64,000 nt of DNA. It comes from Mizuhopecten yessoensis (taxonomy: Eukaryota). This document shows positions 41,601-53,600 of the stretch, piece by piece. The position numbers were made by a program, and so were the translations under genes. The notes beneath the pieces are model-generated. The model worked only from the letters and a program-made list of their open reading frames with translations. It was not told the origin of the DNA and did no database searches. The DNA is taken from assembly GCF_002113885.1 (NCBI RefSeq), contig NW_018405476.1:437875-501874 (forward strand), read 5' to 3'. The number at the start of each line of letters is the position of its first letter. The stretch's first letter is position 1.

Positions 41601-44600
41601 ATATAGTTTTTACTTGTACTCCAAAAATCAAGTGTTCCTGAATCTACATATCATAGAATTACATGACTACCAATAAATCAATTTATATTAATAAATCATG
41701 TTAGATATAATGTGTAGGCATTATACAGAAGAAATTTTAATCGATTTGAAATTGATCACCATCATCATTTTCTGCATTAGTAGGAGAGAGGAGTTTTGAC
41801 ACATGTAAATCATTCTGCACACACAGACTGACCGTAACTCTGTCTCGAGTTCGTTTTTGCGAGCATTAGCATCATCAAGCATCGACTGTAACATGGGTGC
41901 CTGTTCACTGTTGTCCTCGGACGTCCTCAGCTTCAGCATCTTGTTCTCATGTTCCAGCCTCAGCAGCTTCTCCCTACAATTAGTGATACTATACACTTAT
42001 TTAACATATTGCATGTAAGTTAAGTCAAGACTAGCCACATCTAATCAATATAAATCGGGGTTAGGTTCGTGGAAAAGGTAGACATTCTTACCAATATTAA
42101 GCGTGTGTGATTGGGTGGGGTGATGAGTGTGTTGAACTTAATGTTTGAAAATGTTTCGACATAATCCCCTCCCCCTTTAATTTTTTTGTTTGCAATAGCT
42201 GATTCTGGACTGGTAAATACTTAATTGAGTGATACCAATTGAAAGTATGTGCTATTGGAAAAATTGGTTATGCACTGAGTCAATGTCAGTGAACCAAAAA
42301 AATAGAAGATTGAATTTAATGGTAGAAGGGAAATTACTATATCAATTTAATTATTGTTGTAATATTAGACTGTAAAGCTATCATAAACCATGTATAAATA
42401 AATCCTTGAAGCTGAAAATGGCATCAAAACTCATTCCATGAAAATTAATCCATGTTCCAGACAATACAGTTCATATGTCTGGAAAGTGGAAAGTGAAAAG
42501 TCCATTGACAGATTATGATTTTCAATATTACAAAACTATAGTCCTTTTATCAAATACTCTGAAAATACTTTGAAATACACGTCAGAACATCTGTATAATT
42601 TTATATTCGAGACAAACTTATCAGTTGGACTGACTTGACTTCTGGAGGCAGTGACAACATCTCGAGTCTGGGTGAAGTAGCGATCTGGCCGGGGTCCTCC
42701 ATGTTCTGTAGCTGTGTTAGCTTCATCTCCTCGTTGAGTTCCCTCAGCGAGTCTCTTTCCTCTGCCATCCTCTGTAGTAACATAGTACACTCATTACACT
42801 GCCATACTATATCTTTACAAGTTCTGCTATGTATATTGTTCATAAAATAATATCAAAATAACTAATTCTTGCTTCATTAAGTGGCAAAGGTAAACAAGCA
42901 AATTCGTGGAATTTATATCCCCCGCTTTCAGGACATATTGTAGGTAAACATTATTGATGTTAGGTTTAAACATGTGAGTATCGTGCTGTTGAGACATAAT
43001 GTATAGCTTGAAACTTGAAGAAAAAAAGCCTTATCTTACATTTGCTAGACTTATTAAGTGGAAACTGCAGATAATGACTCTGCCAAATGGAGTCCGATTA
43101 AAGTGGTTGTCAAACTTGGCCGAGCCCTTAATGCGTTGAACCCTGTTTCGTTATTCAAGGGACCATAACTCCGTCAAATGGGGCTCGCTGAAAGTGGTCA
43201 TCAAATTTGGCCGAGCCCTTAAGGCATTTAACCCTGTGACCAAGTTTGAAAAAAATCAGTTAACATGTGTTGTAGTTATTTCACGGAAACGAAGCGCAGC
43301 AGATAATGACGTTTTTCGTTATTCAAGGGGCTATAACTCTGCCAAATAGGGTCCACTGAAAGTGGTCATCGAACTTGACCGAGTCCTTAAGGCATTTAAC
43401 CCTGTGAACAAGTTTGAAGAAAATGGGTTGATATTTGTTGTAGTTATTGCACGGAAACGAAGCGTGACAGAGGGACAGACGGACAAACCCAAATTAATAT
43501 CCACCGTTTTGGTGAAAGCGGGGGATAATAATAAACATTACATACAATGAATGTTATCAAGTATAAGCTGCTGGAGTCAAGATTGAATCGTTTAAATCTA
43601 CATTGTTACAGATACCACCACTTGTCCTATAACTGCACCTTTGAGACTTTATTCAGTTTGTGAGCCTCACCTCCTTTTCCCGTTGAAGGGTAGACATTTT
43701 ATCCTGCGCACGCTTGGCCTCAAAGTCTGCCTTATCTGCCCGCTTAGTTTCCTCGGTGAGTTTGTTCTGTAACTCATGGACTTGACGTTTGTAGCCTTCA
43801 AGTTGTTGTTTCAGTGATGATGCCTTCCTTAACTCCTGTTGCAGAAATAAATAAAGGTATTAGTACACCAATACAATTATTGGGTAAGGAGATTCCTAAC
43901 TCCTGTTGTAGAAATAGATAAAGGTATTAGTACGCCAATACAGTTATTGGGTAAGGAGATCCTTAACTCCTGTTGTAGAAATAGATAAAGGTATTAGTAC
44001 ACCAATACAATTATTGGGTAAGGAGATCCAACGTCCTGTGGGTGGTGTTCGGTTAATGTACCAGTGGAGGAATCCGAGTTGGATACCAAAGTATTCTAGT
44101 AGAGCTCCACCAAAGGGAGGTAACTACAAGTAGGCGAGTGATGGAGCATCAACACCAGGGATTCCGTAAATGTTCTGTGAGTTTTATTAGTTTACATGTT
44201 TATGATGGTTTTGTTCTGATGACGGTTGGCCTAGCCATCCGAAACATGTAAACTAATAAAACTTACAGAACATTTACGGAATCCCTGGTGTTGATGCTCC
44301 ATCTGACTTACCTACTTTTGTTTTAACTCCTGATGGTGAATCAGCAATATTCAGTAAATTCAAGTTAAACTTATGCAAGGAAAACAATCCAGATTTCGAT
44401 TTCAGATGTCATTAGAAGGTTTGAAATTTAATTTACCAATGTATAACATTCAAGGGTAATGAAATTGCATATCACTTTAGAACTCCAGATATATAACATA
44501 AAGTTGGGAAATTTTAGATTTTGAGACAAAATTTCAGCACAGAAAAAGGTGTGTGGCACATTGTGTTTACAAGATATGTTGTTTTTGTACCTGGTACCTT

Positions 44601-47600
44601 CTCCATTCCCTTGGGGAAAGGCTCCTAGAAAGGGAAGCATGATGTGTTGAAGTCTGCCTTGTCCAGCTCAGACCCCAGCCTTAATGGGGAGGATTACGGG
44701 AGGGATTACATATCCTACTTACCTCCTCTAACTCTAGATGTTCTGTCATATACTTGGTGTTTTTCTCCTCAAGCAGCTTCACCTGGCCTCGCAGGTCACT
44801 GAGTTCATCTGTAGGTCACCAAGTACACTTTACTAATTAGTACATTAATTGAGACAAAGCCACTGATAATTTTTTTTTATTATTTTTAAATAAGTTATAT
44901 TGATTCATAGTATATATATAACATAGTTATCATTATGAAGACATACCAGATAAGATTGCCATTTAAAATAAAAAGTGCTAGTTAAAATGGGAAAAGCACA
45001 CAAGATTTTTAGAACTTACCTAATTTCTTCTTGTAAGATTCTATACTTGATTCATACTTGGACTGGCAATGAAAAACACAAAATATATATAATGCCTGAT
45101 GAAATTTACTACTTTCTTACCCTATTAATAATAATAATAAAAATAATTTGAGGATCTTATATACCGCTTTATCACACCCTAGTTCGTAAGTTGTTTCAAA
45201 GCGGTTCATAAATTATTCTGGTACGGTAAATACTTAATTAAGTGATACCAATAGAAAGTATGTGCTATTGGAAAAATGGGTCATGCACTGAGTCAATGTC
45301 AGTGAACCAAAAAATTAGAAGATTGAATTTAATGGTAGAAGTGAAATTACTATATAAATATAATTATTGTTGTAATATTAGACTGTAAAGCTATCATAAA
45401 CCATGCATAAATAAATCCTTGAAGCTGAAAATGGCATCAAAACTCATTCCATGAAAATTAATCCATGTTCCAGACAATAAAGTTCATATGTACTTGCAAT
45501 TGTAGCAATAGAGAAAAGTCTTTTGACAGATTATGATTTTCAATATTACAAAACTATAGTCCTTTTAATAAATACTCTGAAAATACTGTGAAATACGTAT
45601 CAGTACATCAGTATAATTTTATGTTTGAGACAAACTTATCAGATGGACTGATCATGACTTGACTACGTGCCTCATGTAAATGATGACCTGCGGAAATATG
45701 TGTGCTACCTTTGGATTGTTTCTATATTGCTCTGTCATTTATACTCCGCTTCGACATACACATGCTTTTGTCAACACAATGATGGAGTGTGTATGTAATG
45801 GTCATTCTGAATGGTTAAAAGTTTATTGGGAGAAGAGCGATAACTCGGTATATCCACTAGTTGGCAGTGGAGGGAATTATGAAAACACGGCTATATCCGC
45901 CAAGGGTGAGTGGAGTGTATACGAAGCGAACACTTGGATAGCGAAGATGCCTGTGACCTTGAATATAGGCGAAGGTCATTCATCCAGCATGTTATTGACC
46001 AAATACCATCATCCTGGGCCTTTCTCAACTCCCTTATTTCGGCACTCACAGCTAGCATTCTACAATTCTAGCACTGCCCAACCACGTCCTCATTTACAGC
46101 TGAGTTGACTGGAACAAGCGGAGTAAAGTATCTTGCTCAAAGATACAACACAGAGCCATGCCGTGACTCGAACCCGCAACCCTTCGGTTACGAGCCCGGC
46201 GTCCTACCACTACGACTTTCGTGCCTCCGATACAATTCCTTTAATGTTACTGCAACTTGATCAATCCACAAAATATCAGAGCAAATATATATCTGTGTAC
46301 ACTCATTAAGTATCACAACAACATTTTATAATTCCTGATATTTGTCAGTCTGTGGAGACACAACCACGACCTCATCCTTACGATATAGCTGCCCCTACAA
46401 TTTCACATGTGATGCGTCATGCCTCCACTGGGGGTTATAAAACCGAGACCTCTTGTCTACTGCTCTTCTAATTTCTAGCCTGAAGCTCTACCAAAAGAGC
46501 TAGAGATATCGAATTAGGCTGGTATTTTAACAGAGAGACACACAACAGGATATAGTGGAACACTGGACATCATTTAGCCTTGGGTCTAGCTATTCATTAA
46601 ATATCTCATTGGTTTCTCCTTAATAACAAGTTCACTGAAATTTTGACCAAGAATCAAAATGATTTGAAACTAAAATACTAAATGAAATATTTTTGTTGAA
46701 CTCTCAAGGGGATTAAAGTTAATGAGGCATAGAACAGTTGAAGAGGAGTCAACCACTATATATATACTTACGACTTGTTCTGACGTATGACGTAGGACAT
46801 CCACCTCGTCCTTTAGAGACCGTGCCTCATCTGCTATTGCCATGAGCTCCACGTTCTGACGAAAAAAAAATGTTATCAGTTTTACAATTACTGCATACTT
46901 TTTGAAATTTCCATGGGAGAGATTAAGCATGCTCAGAATCTTAAAATGTGTGTATGTACGACATAGGGAAAAATTACTTTTTAAAAAGCATCTTACTTTT
47001 TAAAAAGCATCTTTTGAGCTGTTCTTTCAGGTGAAATCATCAGATCTTAGAAAATAGGAATGTTTAAGCAAATTCACTGGTGGAAAATGCTCAATTTAAG
47101 GGGCTAAAATCAGGAGTTTCCCTCCAAAATGGGGAGATTCGGTAAGTATGCATCAGGGAAAAATAAGTTACACACAACAATGTACATCTACTGACTTAAA
47201 TACCCAATAAACTCAAGTAATAACATATGAAATGAACAATTGTCCAAGAGTCATAACACAAAATCACCTGGATTTTTTCATTTTTCTTTCTTTTAGAAAA
47301 TACATTTTTTCTGAAATTCACTTACTTTTTGTTTGATTTCAGAAAAATCTCTTGCTAGAAGTTCAGACTTTATTTTCAAATCATCTCGACCTGCAATGAA
47401 GTGTTATTAATTTAAGTATATTCCATCTTTATTTATAGCTCACATGAAAATAATGAAGAGCACAAACCATGCCATGACATTGTCGGTATATGATAATATT
47501 AGAATATGTGTATTCATAAATGATCAGTGGCATGTATTTAGATCAAGAAAACAAATAGTGATAGAGCTTAGTTAGTAAACTTTATATCTGAAGACATCAT

Positions 47601-50600
47601 CAAAATATAAATACATACAGAACACATAACATCTCCAGCACACACCCAGGCATACACACAGGGACATATTAGCCAGGTGGCATAGGACTCGTAGTTAGCG
47701 CCCGATAAGGCAGCTCCTGCGAATTCCTCAAAATTGAATTGATTAATGTAAATGCTAATTGTATACCTATGTACTGTAAAGCGCTTTAGAGTGGCTTATG
47801 TTAGCTAGATAAGGTGCTATATCAAATGTTGTATATTATTATTACATTACATATATTTATTAAGTATTAAGTAGGTTTAAGGATATTAAATTTGATTTCA
47901 ATTAATTATAGCTGGTCTCAAATTTTGAGCTCAATAGAGCCATCGTAAAATGAAAACATCTGCACTCATTGCATGAATCTCATATGAAATGTAAATTAAG
48001 TCCATACGTATGTTGCACAAATGTCTGTAAAACTTCAATTCTGTCTATATCTATTGATGTACAAAGTATACAATACTCTCCCTAGGACCATGTCAGTCTT
48101 TCATTAAATAAGTGCATGCTCACACTCCAGTTTCAACAAAAAGCAAGAATAAAATCAATCAAAACTGCTTATATGTGTATAGAACAATGTTGCCTCACTA
48201 ATAATTTACTTACTGGAATCGAGTTTAAAATTTTCTTCCTGTAGTTTATCAACCTGTTGTTGTAGTTGTTGGAACCTTTTACCAGCAGGAGTACTGTAAA
48301 ACATAACGAAATAGACATGTTTATTCCAAAGGTTACTAATTAACACAGGCACAGGTACACACTGGTCAAAGTGGCCAATTTCTCCTGAAATAAAGCTTTG
48401 TCTTCAAAGAGGAAACACTTAATGATCATTTTTGGCTCTACACAAAATCTGCTGTCATATCTACCCTGTCTACTATCACGTAGGTATTCACAGAAACCCA
48501 CAAATCTATACTAGATATAAGCTCATCGCTTGTAGGCATTTTCAATGTAAACAGTATATTATCAAATGAATGTAAATCTTAGTGTCCTAAAATAAACTTT
48601 AACAAGGCATCACAAGTGATACAAATCCCCTCCCATTCACACATTGTGTGTTTTATGTAGGAGTTTTTAAAAATAGTAACAGTGACCTTGAACGCAGTTA
48701 GCTGAATTGCGAACGAGTTTAAGGTATTGTCATACCGAACACTTGTATGAAGTTTCATGAAATTCCGTTGAGAAATGATGTCGCTATAGAGCTATGACTG
48801 CAAAGAGTGTAACATATGTAAGGGCGGAATCCTATATCCCCTAGAACTTTTGTTGCGAGGGGATAATAAATACCACAGATTCATGGAAAGTAAAATTACT
48901 AATACACTTGCTCTTAGACATGTCATATTAAATGTTTTCTGTAAAACTAGAGTATATCGTAATTTTCAAAAATGCAAAATGTTTAATTGGTCTTGATCAT
49001 CAATTTTACAGTCGCAATTATTTCTGTACAAATGCAAAATGTTAGTTTTTATCATGTCATAATCAATATTATAATCGGAGTAGTTTCTGTACATGCAGTA
49101 AAAGTCATGTGATTCAGATGTCAGAGATTTCCTTTAGATCAATAAATAGGACATCAGACTTCAGTTTATTAAACAGCTTCATAAATCACTACATATGGGA
49201 ACAGATCATCTAGGGGTTTTCTGGTCATCAATTACTAAAAACATTTCAAAATTTATTCTTCAATGTAATTTAATTTTATCAATTATTTCTGACAACAATT
49301 AGGCCTATCCATCGTGGAAGGCCAGTAAGGTACGTAGTACACATTGAATACTGGATAATTAATGATGACAGGTACAAAAAATCTACTTTCATGTATATAT
49401 ATCAAAAGTAATAAAATAATGGAAGAGTCTTGCATTGATTGTCTAAAATGTATCACTATAATACATGATGAAAAGCATTATATTAATACAAATAGATATA
49501 AAATCTGAATATATTAATAAAAATAGATAAATATAATGAAACCACAGTATTCAAAAGATATACAGTACTGTATATGTTGTAAGCAATATTCCATACATTG
49601 TACATGTTATATAATAGTAAATAAGACAGCTACTGCATATATCAAGAGTTGGGAGAAAATAAGCTGGTAAATAAGTTGCAAAGTATGTTGTATGTTCTTT
49701 GTAAACACATTTCTGTGTACACTCGGCTACACTGGTACTTTCTATTTAAGAAACATAGGCTTATAAGAGTTTAATATTTGTAATACAGTTCTGCAGCAGA
49801 TTCTACACTCAAAATCTACCTCACTTTAGATTGTTACTTAGTTTTTGATAGTGTTAGTGAAACATTAAAACTTATTTTCATGATTCTTACTTTATATTAC
49901 TAGCATTGCCAAGACAGTCTAGCAAAACATTGGAATGGAGTTTAAAAATAATCCTCTATATATAAATAAATACTAAAACATTATCTGATGAAATCTATCT
50001 ATCCTGGACTGTTCATAGCATTGTACACTTACTTTTACCCCGACTTTAGGCTTTGTACACTTACTTTTACCCCGACTTTAGGCTTCAACACATTGATACA
50101 GGCTGATTTCTTTTTTAGGATTTTCTTTTGCAAATACAAGAATGCATTTGAAAGAGCAAAATATGAAGTATTTTTAATTTTACTGATTCTATCGGTTTTA
50201 TTTTTGTTTCTGTTATTCATGAATTGCTTCCTTTCATACATAAAGATTAAGAACGTCAACAATAAGTTAGCGTCCATCTTCAAGAAAGTCTCTACCTATA
50301 CTACAGGGGATCTCTCTTTCCAAAACAGCATAGCATTCTTAGGGTATTTAAATTTACAAATATTTAAATGCATTTACAAAATTTGTGAATTCAAATCCAA
50401 CTGCAACATTAGCAAATATATATATATAGTTCTATATTATTCTAAGAACACATGTATCTAGCGTAAGACAAGGATGAGAAACAGAATAGAAAGAGTATAT
50501 ATATTGTATTACAAAGAGCAAGAACTATTTCAATTTTAATGGTTATACGTACTAGTTTAAAATATCTTTATTTAAATTATTACAAGATCCAAGAAGAATT

Positions 50601-53600
50601 AAATTTTTAGAACTATAAGGGTATTATACAGCATTTTACTGTACAGAGAGGAGATAAACCAGAGGTAAATTTAGATCACTCTACAGTAAATGTAATCTAG
50701 GGAAAGTGGACTATTAATTTCACTTTTGAGAATGGCAGCTATAACCAAATGTTAATATGACTAACAAAACAGTAAGCCAAACCAGGAGGAATATCTTAAT
50801 GATAATAATAATAATTTGAGGTTCTTATATACCGCTTTATCACATTCTAGTTCATAGGTCGTCTCAAAGCAGTTCACAGATTATTATCCATAGTTATATG
50901 GGCCTTTGCAACCAGCCAATACCTTTCTCAACTGCCTGGGGAGTGTATACGTAACAGCCGGTGCTGCCATTTCGGCGCTCAAAGCTAAGCATTCAACAAT
51001 TCTAGCACTGCCCAATCATATACTCATTTACAGCTGAGTAGACTGGAACAAGCAGAGTAAAGTATCTTGCTCAAATTAAAGATACAACACAGTGCCGTGA
51101 CGTGACGTGACTCAAACCCGCAACCCTTCAGTCACCATCACGGCGTCCTACCACTAGACTACTGTACCTCCATCTTTGACACTCTTAACCTGAACTTACA
51201 GGTGTAGATATAAAATCACATTACTTTGTATTTTCACAGGTGACACAACATTCTAGATACTATTTTGCCAGATTTGGTTGTAACATTACTTCTTACTGAT
51301 ATGGGCCGTGAAGTGTGCTGTGCTTTATTTACAATAAGCAGGTACATATACAGACACGCTTATTTCAACCATAGAACATGTACAATAATTAAATAAAGTT
51401 CCTGGATATATATCACCAAAAATTGCCACAAAGTGTATAAATATATATATAAAAAAACAACGAAATATAATAAAACCAGATAAATGAAATACATATACAC
51501 AGATGTTTTTTCACACTGCTATACATTTAATGTATTTCTGTTCTATCCTGTGGTGGGGGTCACACTCAATGGTACAACATGCTGATGAACTCATACAAGT
51601 GATCTTATGACAAGATTAACAATGCTGACGAACTCATACAGGTGATCTCAGACAAGATTAACAATGCTGACGAACTCATACAGGTGATCTTATGACAAGA
51701 TTAACAATGCTGACAAACTCATACAAGTGATCTTATGACAAGATTAACAATGCTGACCAACTCATACAATTAGTGATCTTATGACAAGATTAACAATGCT
51801 GACGAACTCATACAAGTGATCTTATGACAAGATTAACAATGCTGACCAAATCATACAAGTGATCTTATGACAAGATTAACAATGATGACCAACTCATACA
51901 AGTGATCTTATGACAAGATTAACAATGCTGACGAACTCATACAGGTGATCTTATGACAAGATTAACAATGCTGACAAACTCATACAAGTGCTCTTATGAC
52001 AAGATTAACAATGCTGACCAACTCCTACAAGTGATCTCATGACAAGATTAACATTGCTGACGAATTCATACAAGTGATCTTATGACAAGATTAACAATGC
52101 TGACCAACTCATACAAGTGATCTCATGACAAGATTAACATTGCTGACGAATTCATACAAGTGATCTTATGACAAGATTAACAATGCTGACGAACTCATAC
52201 AGGTGATCTTATGATCACAAGATTAACAATGCTGACCAACTCATACAAGTGATCTTATGACAAGATTAACAATCTTTTTACAGTTAATAGGTGAAGGCTA
52301 ATAAAGTGACACTGTCTCTCCTGACTAGTTAATGTTAGCAAAACTAGAAGTTCACTTAACCAGAGTAATTTTACAAATTATATATGGCGCTATATTATCA
52401 CTACAAATTCTCATGTTGTTTTGTCTCGTTTAGGTGTGTGGTTCAATAGATAGCTGACCAGAATATCAGTTTCACCTGGTATATATGTTGGATAGAAAAT
52501 GTCTGACTTTCACCTCCAAATGCAAACTAGATTATTAATGCACTAAATTCTATAAGTAGACCTGAAGCTGAAGCATGTACAACAGTAGCTTCAGCCCATA
52601 AGAATAACTGCCCAGAGATGTGACATGCTTTGTAAGTACGGGTCAAGGGAATGTCAGCAATACAGGTGATATGGTGATGAGACTTATACTGTATACCTAC
52701 TATTATGATAATGACAGTCTACATATATCCTATTTTTTCCTAGTAAAGTTATATGCTTTAAAATTCAAATTTAATTAACTTAGTAACATTTCACTGTATA
52801 AATACTTTTATCAATTAGAATCAATAATGAAAAGTTTAAATAGTTCCTATCCACTGTAATGTCCCCAATTACTGGCTGAGGTCTCTATTACAATGCAAGC
52901 TTCAATGGAATCATTAAAGAATATCTATCTATATTTTGGTCAGGTTATGAGGTGTTACTCCAGTTGAGCACATGCAAATTTAAAATGGTACATTAATTTA
53001 AATATAAAAGATGTCAAAGCCATTTTAGATAAATTATTGAGACCTTTCTCAAAACTACTCAATATTGAAAACTATACGTAATATCTAAAGGAGCTAATCT
53101 ATATATCACATACTCCAAAAGCTTTTGAAAATGATTTAGTTTCAAAATGTTTACAAAACATGGGCTGCGACCTACAGACTGAATGTATTAGAGAGATAAA
53201 GACAACTTCAGCACTCTTCTTCCTATCACCATTTCTTTTTCTGTTAAGTATAAACAGGTAAACACAGTCAGATCATGGCAGAGGCTGTACGTCCTAGGAC
53301 CTTCCAGGGGCTGATCATGTCAATCGGCATGCTCACAAACTTACAAAGTAATCAGGGTCATATGGTTCCCACACCATTAAAAATGTGTTGGCAAATTGCA
53401 ATTCATGTTCATTAATACATTTGATGTCATGTCTTATTCTTCTATTATATATAGTCATAGCGAAAAATAGTAACTTTCACTGGTACATGTACCAATATCT
53501 CAAGGAAACAGTCTCAAATTGATTCCAATCCTTTTACGCAGGTAAGAAGATATATGCACTTTCAAAATATTTTATTTTTTATATAAATGTATTTAAATTT

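Noticed and set aside
45680-46108. 142-aa plus-strand ORF
   Set aside because: Runs across a patchwork of repeat fragments (TGACCTTGA element, SINE) in an intron.
46150-46227. tRNA gene
   Set aside because: A/B boxes run into a SINE core shared with 50797-51170; no proper acceptor stem.
49988-50461. 157-aa hydrophobic ORF
   Set aside because: AT-rich intronic sequence with a 32-bp duplication; low complexity, no recognisable domain.
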